Shown here piece after piece: positions 1-11,276 of a stretch of DNA of 64,000 bases. This DNA is from Lingula anatina (taxonomy: Eukaryota; Animalia; Brachiopoda), in NCBI GenBank assembly GCA_051362555.1, contig CM120640.1, positions 9,486,001 through 9,550,000 of the forward strand, given 5' to 3'. A program made the translations under genes and the position numbers. Numbering within the stretch: position 1 is the stretch's first letter; the number at the start of each line of letters is the position of its first letter. Below the pieces are notes generated by a model that saw only the letters and a list, made by a program, of their open reading frames with translations, was not told the DNA's origin and searched no databases.

Positions 1-419
1 GCTTCTTATACCTTGAAATTTGAAACTCGGGTTGTTAGCTATATTTGCTGGCAGGAATCCCAGAAATAATTTCGGCCCCATTGCCCTATTAACAGGGTTC
101 GTGTATCCCAAATGTGAGTTGATCTGAACTGAAAGGGGGGTGGAGGCATATCGCTGTAACTGTCGCAGGACGGTGAACGGCTGCCTACCATTGTCGTACG
201 AAATACGAAGCAACACGTGGGATTTATCAGTGAAAATGCTGGCCAGGTTAAGATTAGTACCCGTCACGATCGCCTGTCGTGAAAGAAAAGTATACCCTCC
301 CCCGTTGATTCCCATCTCACAGTAAACACGTTGGTAGCCTGTGTTGGTGAGGATAGCGTATTCCCCGCCTGCAGCGTTTGGGTTCGCGTTAAGGATAGCC
401 TTGCATGAAGTATATGCCT
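1..419 (-). CDS. Secreted fibrinogen-like-motif protein, copy 1, exon 2 (3' end lies outside the window)
   Basis: Acceptor ccgtag| at 420. Frame open to the window edge: (E)AYTSCKAILNANPNAAGGEYAILTNTGYQRVYCEMGINGGGYTFLSRQAI...GPKLFLGFLPANIANNPSFKFQGIRS. Colinear paralog of 3276-3694. Confidence 0.9.
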
Positions 420-950
420 CTACGGAACGAAAAAAAGTTATTTTAAGTTTAATATAAGTCAAGTTCTCACTCTTTTTAAACTGGAACATTTACAGTTTTT
501 ATACCAAAATCGAGCCGTAACACACGTCAACACACAACCTGTACTTATCAATAATTCAAAGTCTGGGGCATATTGGTGGTGGGGGAGTTTTGAGGGGCTG
601 TGAGGGAGGGAAGGGGGGTGAATTGAATAAGTGCAGTAGACAAGAGAAAAGAAATATCCTGATATACCTATAAATGTGTACCTGCTCAAATTAAGTCTAT
701 GATTATTTTAATATTTGATTTTGAATGACCATTAAACTGGACGCAATTAAGTTGTTAATCTGATAGTTTGAAGTTTGGGAGTTTGAAAATCAACAAGATG
801 GGATGCCCTAGCTCAAATGTAGTTAGTAAGAAATGTATTCAGGACCCTCGAAAAAAATGACTTTTGCACCAAAATTCCGTACACCAGTAAAAAATAAGAT
901 TGGTACTGGTAGTGACGCCAAGGTTGAGAGAGAGAGAGAGAGGGACTTAC

Positions 951-1026
951 CCTGCTTATCCGTTCCATAACTTCCCTCAGAGAAATGAGTCAAGAGCGAG
1001 GCTACAATTAAACCCGAAAATAACAT
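951..1026 (-). CDS. Copy 1, exon 1 (signal peptide)
   Basis: ATG at 1026, MLFSGLIVASLLTHFSEGSYGTDKQ+G, 76 nt, donor GTAAGT (945-950). Phase 1 matches the acceptor at 419. Confidence 0.88.
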
Positions 1027-1077
1027 TCTCGTCTGCTGTCAGGAGAACTGACATGGTAACGTTGCATAATTAATTCC

Positions 1078-1084
1078 TTTTATA
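1078..1084 (-). promoter_or_regulatory. TATA box of copy 1
   Basis: TATAAAA on the minus strand 52 bp upstream of the ATG; same position in all three array units. Confidence 0.75.
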
Positions 1085-1117
1085 GAGCAGTCCCCTACTT
1101 GATTGCTTTTTCAGAAT

Positions 1118-2070
1118 TCACGTTTCCCGTCAATTTTCATAAAGGAAATTAATTCATTTACCACGGAAATGAGTGTTCTTGTCCGACCGTGGAAAGTGGG
1201 TGGGTGTAGCATAGGGTAACAAAACTAACATTTATACCCAGTGCAGTGTGGATGTATGATCAACCGGTTATATGTATATGTCGCTTGGCTTCGGCCGAAG
1301 AGATGACCAATTTAACGTACGACCTAGAAATGTCGATCACTCACCTGTTAAGAGCACAGAACGCCTGACCTTGATATCTCAGAACACGGAGAAAACGACA
1401 TTGTACGTCAAATTATGAAATCAATTAACAAAATTGCAAACTTAAATCACGTTTCCGGTTACTGTCTTATAATGGAAGTTAAGTATTTTACAAGGGAAAA
1501 TGAGTATTTTTAGATTCTGGTTCGACGGTTGGGTTGGGGGGGGGGGGGAGTGGACATAGGTTAATATTTATATACCAATTGTAAAATTACTGTTGTATCA
1601 TCCAGTTACATGCACATGTCACTTGACCTCGCCTTAAGAAATGATCAGTTTATTGTCAGATTAAAAATGTGAATCACTCGCCTGTATTGAAGAGCGAAAT
1701 CCGCCCGACCTCGAAATCCCATATATCCGGGTTACAGAGAAAACACCATACCGCGTTAATTATAAAATCAATTTACAAACTGCAAACTTAAATCACGTTT
1801 CTGTTTCTGTTTTATAATGGAAATTAAGTCATTTACAATGGAAATTAGTGTATTTTTGGTGTTGGTTCGACCGTTGGGGGGGGGGGGGGGGGGAGGGGGA
1901 GCATGTAGAGGGTCTATACGGTATAGATACCCACTGTACAATGAGTGTATGATCAGCTTGCTGCATGTGCACATGTCACTTCGACCGAAGAAATGATCAT
2001 CAGTTTTGAGTGAGACAAGAAAAGTCGATTCCTTACTAGTATTTGAAGAGCGAAGAACGCCTGACCTCAA
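1118..2070. repeat. Three diverged tandem units of about 330-350 bp upstream of copy 1
   Basis: Recurring tcacgtttc...ggaa.ttaa...G-run...catgtcact...gaacgcctgacct blocks starting near 1118, 1447 and 1793. Confidence 0.8.
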
Positions 2071-2578
2071 AATGCATCCATGATAACAGATGCAACCCAG
2101 CATTGGGAACTTTACAAGAATGATGTCGAAAAATGTTTTAAATATACTGACACGCATCAGAAAACTTTCTTGTACTTTTTTTTTTACTGAGAATCGATTC
2201 CAACCATATAAAGGAGTAGGCCTACAAATGCACTTGTTTGGTCATTGTTTGTTTATTTGACCTTGTGTGACTGAATAATGGGTCATATTTCACACGAAAA
2301 CTGTTATTTTCTTAATGTGCCAAAGGAACTTAAAATATTATTTGATAAATAGGCCTAAATGATGCGTTTTCATTGACTGTCAGTGTATTTAATTGAAAGT
2401 GTCTTAAACAAAGAAGCTGCCACAGATATTGGCTTATAAGAAAATATTGAATGGAAAAATCTTAGGAAAAGATGGTGCAAAGAAAATGAGTAAACGCGTG
2501 ATTTGCACGGAGACAGAAAACAAATGCACTAGTACTTGATGAAAAGGAAATCGGTGAAAAAACGTTTGTAAGCTTCAA

Positions 2579-2583
<5 letters not shown>

Positions 2584-2639
<56 letters not shown>

Positions 2640-2645
2640 TTTTTT
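2584..2645. repeat. (TA)n microsatellite plus poly-T
   Basis: Read directly. Confidence 0.95.
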
Positions 2646-2807
2646 CGTGATGATATGCTGACAACTGAAGCAAGTCCATTTAGAAAAGCTTTATATCAGG
2701 GGAGTTGGACGTAAGCATCGCGCCACTACCCGGAAATGTCGAGTGAAGCGAGCAGCTTTTTTAATGTCCGGCTGAACGACAATTATAAAATAATACATGA
2801 AAACACA

Positions 2808-2813
2808 TTTATT
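2808..2813 (-). terminator. Probable polyadenylation signal of copy 2
   Basis: AATAAA on the minus strand about 180 bp after the stop codon at 2994. Confidence 0.55.
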
Positions 2814-2993
2814 CCACATCTACAATATTACATATACATATTTAAAAAACATGTACCACATCTACATATTACATGTATTACAAACAATCTCTTCGTCGCA
2901 AAAGCATGTGTATCAAATTCATTAATGTCAGGGTCTTTGCTCACATTTCTAACGGAATACCTTTGTGTTTCTGTCAACGTGCCTGCAACAGAA

Positions 2994-3694
2994 TTAGCGG
3001 AACCCTATGGCCACGCCCGTTGCACGTGCCCACTTATCGCTACTGGTATAGGTACCACACCCACCAAAGTGGAGTTCGGTGAAGAAGAAATACTCGTTAG
3101 GCATCGTGCGTCCAGATGGCACTGGCTTGGCGGACTTGAACCATGCGTCATAGAAATTGGCTCCAATGCCTGAGCCTCCATAGGAACTTGGTGGCACTTC
3201 ACGATGATTTGGAAAGAATGTAAAGTAACTGTTTGGGTTTCTGTCGCAATTGTTGAAAGCGATATCTTTACCGTTGCTTTGGGTACCCTGATATTTATAG
3301 CTGGGGTTGCTAGCTATATTTCTTGGCAAGAATCCCAGAAATAAGTGCGGTCCCATGGCCTTATTCACGGGAGTTGTATATCCGAATTGGGAGTTTACCT
3401 GAACTGAAAGGGGGGTGGAGGCGTATCTATGCAGCTGTCGCAGGACGGTGAACGGCTGCCTACCATTGTCGTAAAAAATACGTAGCAACACGTGGGATTT
3501 ATCAGTGAAAATGCTGGCCAGGTTAAGATTGGTACCCGTCACTATCGCCTGTCGGGGAAGAAAAGTATACCCTCCCCCGTTGATTCCCATCTCACAGTAA
3601 ACACGTTGGTCGCCTGTGTTGGTGTTGATGGTGTATTCCCCACCTGCAGAGTTTGGGTTCGCGTTTAGGATAGCCTTGCATGAGGCATATGTCC
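2994..3694 (-). CDS. Secreted fibrinogen-like-motif protein, copy 2, exon 2 (258 aa with exon 1)
   Basis: Acceptor ttcattctgcag| at 3695. SCK...GEY.I...VYCEMGINGGGYT matches the N-terminal subdomain motif of fibrinogen-C/COLFI/intelectin-type folds; the remainder is not a canonical FReD. 76+701 nt = 259 codons including stop. Confidence 0.92.
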
Positions 3695-4257
3695 CTGCAG
3701 AATGAATAAAAAACAAAGTTAATAAACAGCCACGTTTGCTACACGTCAGCATAATAGGCCTATGTTATCATCAGGAATTCAAAGGCGCAGTGGTGGTTTG
3801 GAAGGAGGTGTAGAGGAGAGAGGGGGGAATTGGTTCAATCAGTGCAGCGGACGAGTTTACAGAGATGCTTTTAACAGTCATTATTTGACCATTAAACTGA
3901 CTTGTTAATGTGTTACCTAAGAATATGAACAGATATAGTTGCCACTAAACGTTGTTTGGTATCTAACACTACATCTGGATATTAATTTTCCAGCAAAAAG
4001 AAAAGTTTAACCGCCTTATGATCTCAACTCTTAAAGGTAGGCAAATGAGGTATAAATTCAAAAATCAACAAGAGACTCAGAGTGAGCGACAGACAGCTAG
4101 CATGGAAAATTCTTCAAGGACCCAGGAAAATTTGATAATTGTAATTTTTGCACAAAAAAATTCCGTACACTATCTGTTCAGCTTAAACGAATTAATCAGT
4201 TTAATGATAGTGACAATATGTGAGAGAGAGAGAGAGAGAGAGAGAGATGAGACTTAC

Positions 4258-4333
4258 CCTGGTTGGCCCTTGCATGACTTTCCACAAACAAAAGAATCAA
4301 GAGCGAGGCTACAATTAGACTTGAAAAAGACAT
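4258..4333 (-). CDS. Copy 2, exon 1 (signal peptide)
   Basis: MSFSSLIVASLLILLFVESHARANQ+G, 76 nt, donor GTAAGT (4252-4257). Alternative in-frame ATG at 4339; TATAAAA at 4385-4391. Confidence 0.88.
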
Positions 4334-5805
4334 TGTCATCTGATGTCTGGAGAAATAACACTATAACGTGGCACGAAGAATCCCTTTTATAGGGCAATCC
4401 CATGTTAAATTGCTTTTTTCAGAAGACACGTTTCTTGTAACTCATTTATAATGGAAACCAACTCATTTACATTGTAAATTAGTGTTTTTAGATTTTTTTT
4501 TGCGGGGGGGCACTGGGTGACTACTTATACCCACTGTGAGATAACCAGTTATAGTTAGACATATTAAGGTCGACCCCTCACCTGTTTTAAAGAGTGAAGA
4601 ACGCCTGACCTCGAAATACAACTGTAGGTAATATCTCAAATTGCAGAACAATGGCATAACACGTTAATAGTTTGAAATCAATGTATAAAATTGCAAACCC
4701 GAGAATATTTTGGATCCTAGAGTAGGGCTATTCGCGCAACATACACGGGCTGCCAATGAAAATAATTAATTTCGTCCTTTTGTGTGTGGTTTTGTTCATG
4801 GAGAGCTTTATTTTTCTCATCTCTCAAGGGTTTTGATACAAGGTTACGAGACTAAAAAAATGCAGTGCCGCACCGTAATACTGAATACTTGGCTGGGAAC
4901 CGTAAGGTGAGGCATTAAGCAGACACTTTTGAATATTATTTACATTTGATGAAAACAACGTTATTTAATTCCCATTTGTACAGGTTATTACGGAAGTACG
5001 TATTTAAAATAATAGGTATTGCTACAAATGATAGGCTCGCAGCTTTTCCACAAATATCTTAATAATCACGCCATAACAAACCCAACCCTATAAACACGCA
5101 CCTTTGTTTAATTTCATTTTACTTGTATATTAATTTAACTGTTTATTTCGAAAATAGCTTTTGTGGTAGTTTTAATGCATACATTAAACTTGTTTTTATG
5201 TCATTCTTCTAAACTGGGTTGGGGAAATAAGAATTGCCTAAAGGTGATTAAACAAATAAAGTGGTTTAAAGAGATATCTAATGAGCTTTCTTTTTGTCTT
5301 TTTACCTGTTTTTCTCCCCTATGTCGTGGTCCTTTTTTTACACTGATCAGATCTTTGATCTTTGATCTTTGATTTTTTTTGTTCCAAATCGTTCTGTGAT
5401 TTGCCAAGGTACACATTGGTTGTTTGAACGCACCGAGAAAATCCACCATAATACTGCTCACCTACTTTGAAACCATCTACTTATATACCCTTTCTGACAA
5501 AATACTGTGAATAATTCCACCAGAGATATCCACGATCTCAGACCATCGTTGTGATCTGATGTTCGTGAGACATTTTGATCTTGGTATCCAAATATTGTGA
5601 CAATTGATCACTGACCATAAAATCAATTATAAAGAAGAGCTGAATATCGAATAAAATAAAATAAAACATCTTCATCACGACCGCTCCTATGTCAAGACCG
5701 TGATGTCTCAGGTCTCTGGACAGTTGCGTCAGTGTGACAAGGTTTGCAATAAATTAAATGTCAATTACTAAGTAAAATTACCAATCATATTTGTCTTTCA
5801 GAATT

Positions 5806-5973
5806 CAGGGGCGGATTTAGGGCGTCTTCTGGGTCTTCCGGAAGACGGTCAGATTTTCAAGTTTACATTGACGGGTATCTTATTTTTCCTGTAGGAAGAC
5901 GGTCAAAAATGGAGGATGGATCAACAAAGATAAATTGGAAGACTGTCAGAAAATAACTCTGGATCCGCCCCTG
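5806..5973 (+). mobile_element. hAT/Tip100-like MITE
   Basis: TIRs CAGGGGCGGAT / ATCCGCCCCTG; flanks agaatt/agaatg; absent at the paralogous site near 8263 (tttcagaataatattgag). Confidence 0.9.
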
Positions 5974-6658
5974 AGAATGATATTGAGTTAACTGCAGTTC
6001 TGACACACATGTCCAGAACCGTGACGCATTATTCAGAAACTTTTGAATATCATTGCTTTTTGGCGAAAAACAGCGAAAGACAAATGCGGAAGAATGTTTT
6101 TAAAATACATACCCAGGCCTACCCAACTACCAGACTCGGCACCTACGGATCCAGAATAAACCGGTATATCAGACCACACTACCCGTTTTCAAGGTGTGTG
6201 TCAGATCGCATTACAGAGTATCAGCCACCACACCGATTTTGCCTGGTGCGCGATGTGATAGCAATGATCCTAAGCGGGGTTGGAAAGTAGTGCATCTCAT
6301 CTAGATTCATGCGCTGCTGCAATTTTCCCTGTTTATGCTAAAATCTGACAGTTTGAAGAGTAACATCTGGGCATTAATTTTTTCCACCAAAAAGAAAAGT
6401 TTAAACGCCTTATGGCCTCAGTTGCATAGGCAAGCAAATGAGGTAAAAATTCAAAGATCAACAAGATGGGCTGCATTGACTCTGGGTCTCAGTGTGAGCG
6501 ACAGACAGTTAGTACGGAAATTGTTCAAGGACCCAGGAAAATTTGATAATTGTAATTTTTTGCTGCAAAAAAATCCATACACTATCTGTTTAGCTTAAAC
6601 GAATTAATCAGTTTAATGATAATGACAATATGAGAGAGAGAGGGAATGTGAGACTTAC

Positions 6659-6734
6659 CCTGGCTGTCCCTTGCATGATTTTCCACAAACAAATGAATCA
6701 AGAGCGAGGCTACAATTAGACTCGAAAAAGACAT
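6659..6734 (-). CDS. Third, orphan signal-peptide exon (alternative first exon or gene fragment)
   Basis: MSFSSLIVASLLIHLFVENHARDSQ+G, 76 nt, intact GTAAGT donor (6653-6658) and TATAAAA near 6786-6792. No exon 2 copy lies between it and copy 2. Confidence 0.65.
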
Positions 6735-9700
6735 TGTCATCTGATGTCTGGAGAACTGACACTGTAACGTTGCACAAAGAATCCCTTTTATAGAGCGATC
6801 TCATGTTTTTAAAATTGCTTTTTTCAAAAGACACGTTTCTTGGTAACTCTTTTATAATGGAAACCAACTCATTTACATTTATATTGTAAATCAGTGTTTT
6901 TAGGTTTTATTTTATTTTATTTATTTATTTTTTTTGGGGGGGGGGGGGAGGGGGCACTGGGTGACTACTTATACCCACTGTATGATCAGCCGCTTACATG
7001 TTCACATGTCACTACAGCCCAAAGAGACGACCAGTTCATAGTGAGACGTATTAAGGTCCACCCCTAACCTGTTTTAAAGAGTGAAGAACGCCTGACCTCT
7101 CAATAAGTAATATCTCAAATTGCAGAAAAATGGCATGACACGTAATAGTTTATAAATTAATTTATAAAATTGCAAACCCGAGAATGTTTTAGATCCAACA
7201 TACACGGGCTGCCAATGAAAATAATTAATTTCGTCCTTTTGTGTGTGGTTTGTAAATGGAGAGCTTTGTTTTTCTCATCTCTCAAGGGTTTTGATACAAG
7301 GTTGCGAGGCTAAAAAAATCCTGAGTGCCCCACCGTAATACTGAATACTTGTCTAGAAACCGTAACGTGAGACATTAAGCAGAAGCTTTTGAACATAATT
7401 TTTTATCTGATGAAAACAACGTTATGTAATTACAGGTTATTACGGAAGAACGTATTTAAAATAATAGGCATCGCTATGATAGGCTCGCAGCTTTTCCACA
7501 AATATCTTAATTATCGCGCCATAACAAACCCGGTTCTATAAGAACGGACCTTTGATTAATTTCATTTTACTTGTATATTAATTTGACTATTTACTTCGAA
7601 AATAGCTTTTGTGGTTGTTTGAATGCATACATTATACTTGTTGCTATGTCATTCTTCTAAACTGGGTTGAGGAAATAAGAATTGCCTAAAGATAATTATT
7701 AAACAAATAAAGTGGTTTAAAGAGATGTCTAATGAGATTTCTTTTTGTCTTTTAACCTGTTTTTCTCTCCAAAGTCGTGGTCTTTTTTATTTTACATATT
7801 TTTTTATTTTGCATTATTTTGATCAGATCTTTGATCTAAAATAAATAACGTAGTTTTTGTTCCAAATCATTCCAAGGCACACTGTTTTTTTTTTTTTTTT
7901 TAACGCACCGAGAAAACCCCCCATAATGCTGTTCACTTACTTTAAAACCATCTACTTATATACCCTTTCTGACAAAATACTGTGAATAATTCCACCAGAG
8001 ATATCCACGATCTCAGACCATCGTTGTGATCTGATATTCGTGAGGCATTTTGATCTTGGTATCCAAATATTGTGACAACTTATCAAAAAATCAATTATAA
8101 AGAAAAGATGAATATCGAATAAACTAAAACATCTTCATCGCGACCTCATCTATGTCAAGACCATAATGTCTCAGGTCTCTGGACAGGTGCGTCAGTGAGA
8201 CAAGGTTTGCATTAAATTCAATGTTAATTACTAAGTAAAATTACCAATCATATTTGTCTTTCAGAATAATATTGAGCTAACTGCAGTGCTGACACACCTG
8301 TCCAAAACCGTGACGCATTATTCAGAAACTTTTGGATAGCATTGCTTTTTGACGAAAAACAGCGTAACACAAATATAAAAGGATGAATTTAAAGAAAAGG
8401 GTATTGTTATATTTGATAGGCTTGCAGCTTGCTACCGTACATCATATTCTTCCCTTTGTTTAAATCAGCACCCTTCCTTTCTCTTGATTCATTTGTATAT
8501 TTATTATCTATTTATTTTGAAAATGACTTTCTGGCAGTTTGAAAGAGAACGCACCACATGATTGCTGTAGCAGCTGACATTGCATTGCATTCACACCTAC
8601 CGCAATGTTGCCTCTGTTGCCTTGGGTCCAGGAAATGAACAATCTCAAAGATATTAATTACGGCACTATTCAACTAATGCTTTTTTTAACAATCCTGAAA
8701 AAAATTCCACTGAGCTTTCTTGGCTTTTGGCTTTTTTCTGTCTGAATGTGATCACCGAATACCTAACGGAGGTCAACATTTGCTACTTTCTTTTAAATTG
8801 ATTACATCTTTTTGATGAAAAAAGAATTATGATATATTAGTCACATGACAACACAGTGATTTCTTGAACGTACCAAGAACGTTCGCCGTGACACTCTTCG
8901 GTGTTAAATTTTAGATCATATATCCAGTGATATGCCCTAACCCGCGAGCAAATACAGTGAATAAATTCATCTCAATCGTTGTAATCAGACCGCCGTGAGA
9001 AAATTATAGAGTGTTATTATATGTTATCTTCATGGCTTATTTATGGTTTTTATCTTTATTGTAAAATGTAATGGTAGGCTACAATTTAAAACATAAAGTC
9101 GATCGAAGCAAGGTGGAGTTTTAAAATTAAATATAACAAGTACTCTTTGCCACGACCGTTCCTGTACACTGGTGCTTCTTTTTTCTTCTATAAAAAACAT
9201 ACCTTTTCTTTTGGTCTATATTATTATCAAATTTTGTGATGCAAAAAAAGGAAACATATATCTTAATTATTAAATAAGCTTTTTTTGTCTCCTCCGTCCC
9301 AGTGTACCACAAACTTTCATAGTCCCATTCATAACAAGAGAGAAGGCAACAAAGACTATCGATTGTTCGTAATTTGGCCAAACAAGGCCGCTTTTATTAT
9401 ATAAACTCACTATCCTAATAATTTTAACAATAATAACAATGTAGCAAATTGTTGCCTGCATTAAATGTCATGGCCTTAGGGATAAAAATTATATATGAAA
9501 TATTCAATAAGACTCATTAGTTTAGATTGATAATAATACTTGTCTTTCAAAGTGGCTCGTAATTGATTGAAAATCCCCATCAGTGCGATATGATTCAAAC
9601 AGAATACACTATGGCACTTCACAGAAGTTCTCTACTTCTATGGGCACTTGAAGCCGCTTCCTTAAATTATAGAGTCAGAGATATGTCCTGACAAACCCTG

Positions 9701-9744
9701 AAAGAGCTCCTTAAAGGGATCCTGAACACATCATGTATATGACA

Positions 9745-10125
9745 GTTACTGTTAAACAGTTTAACACAGTGCAATTTTACTTGAATAAGCCAATTTCACA
9801 GAAAAATAAGGAATTTATCGCAAAATTTAGGCTTTCATCACATAATCTAACTGTAGAGACTGGCCGATACACAGACACAAATAAGAATTTAAGAATCTGT
9901 AAGTTATGCAATTTAAACGATGTAGAGGATGAATTTCATTTTATCCTTAAATGCCCTCACTACAACACGATTAGGAAGAAATATATTAAGAAATTTTATT
10001 ATACAAAGCCAAGTGTCTTTAATAAATTAATTAAATTACTATCACTTAACAATGTATCACAATTAAACAATTTGGGAAAATACCTGAAATGTGCATCGGA
10101 ACTAAGATTAATGTCAATCTGATAA

Positions 10126-10161
<36 letters not shown>

Positions 10162-10278
10162 GTTTGTATCAGTAGTAGTTGTTGTAGTAATGGTAGTTGA
10201 TTAGATATAACTTTATATTGTCACTGTTTTATATTCTGATGAGCCGTAGGGCTCAAAGGTTTAATAAACTGAATTGAA
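9745..10278 (+). mobile_element. 5'-truncated non-LTR retrotransposon (LINE) 3' end
   Basis: ORF 9733-10122 reads FRLSSHNLTVETGRY...RICKLC...VEDEFHFILKCPHY, the C-terminal Cys/His motif of LINE ORF2 proteins. It is followed by an (ATT)n tract, AATAAA at 10263 and a short TGAA tail. Confidence 0.88.
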
Positions 10279-11122
10279 CATTAGTCAGTCTAAATTCCGC
10301 CTTGTATACAATATATCATAAGTTGTTTGTTGGGCCTTCACGCTTGAGGTGACCAAAGGAGCGTGCCTGTACAGGTGACTCAAGTGGCCGATTGCTCAGA
10401 GTGATAAGACCACATACTTCATCTTGTTCACTGAACTTTCATTTCATTTTCGCACTCGCACACTACAGTACTTAACTTGCGTGCTGCGGGCAAATAACAG
10501 CGACTTTGGGTTTTTTTTAGACAAGCAAGTACACGGATCTCTACGGTTATTTACAACGATTGAGATATAAACGTACTTTGGGCCAGTGCTGGTAAGTGAA
10601 GAGTTTTTTAAATGTTTTCAGCCATAATAAAGTTTGTGAAATGGAAGGCGTGGACAAAGTTTAATGTATACATAGAGAGAGAGGTGGGAGGGGAGAGAGG
10701 TTGGTTGTTTATTTTTTCACCGAAAAGTCCCCTCTAGGTGTCTGGATGTTATCACTCGATGTATTTACCTGTCTGTGGTCGTGAGAACTGTTTTCATGCG
10801 ACTTCATTTTCACTTGTTATCAAACGTTATCTGGATCAAATCGGTCGACCCATTTAATGATGAACCTTCTTTACAAATGAATGCCATCATCAGTTTATCA
10901 TCAGTTTGCTTTTATGCAGCTTGATTTTCACTTTGTATCTATGAATCAATTGTTGCGTCAGGCCTTACATTACGTGTGCATACCACTCCAACTCACCCTA
11001 TGTTTCGGAGTCCACTAGAAGCTTAGGCCTACTTAACCACGTAAGGAACGGAGATCTTACATTTAACGGCTATGCCATGTTGATGATGGAGAGGTGGACT
11101 TCCAGTGATCCACACTCAAATA

Positions 11123-11276
11123 CAGGCCCCTAGCCAGAAATTTTAAAAGGGGGGGTTCTTTTCCTGAAAAAAATGGACCATTTATCATGAACCGTGTACC
11201 TAGATAAAATTTTACTTAGAGAGGACATTTCCTGGCAAAAGGGGGGGGGGGTTCTTTCAAACCCCTGAATCCCCCC
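11123..11276 (+). mobile_element. Truncated copy of the MITE at 48031
   Basis: Starts caggcccctagccag and is colinear with 48031-48183; right TIR missing. Confidence 0.8.

Larger units (their letters stand above)
3970..8385. repeat. Tandem segmental duplication of about 2.1 kb (unit A ~3970-6095, unit B ~6363-8385)
   Basis: Long near-identical blocks, e.g. 5470-5590 vs 7940-8075 and 4740-4860 vs 7200-7320. Confidence 0.92.

Noticed and set aside
2736-3202. ORFs overlapping copy 2 (145, 69 and 65 aa)
   Set aside because: Antisense or off-frame shadows of the real exon; no recognisable motifs.
6100-6340. Unique spacer between the duplicated units as a replacement exon 2 for the orphan exon
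   Set aside because: The best acceptor (aaacag) gives a stop after about 10 codons, and there is no similarity to exon 2.
9733-10122. 129-aa ORF as a host zinc-finger gene
   Set aside because: Motifs and tail match a LINE ORF2 C-terminus.
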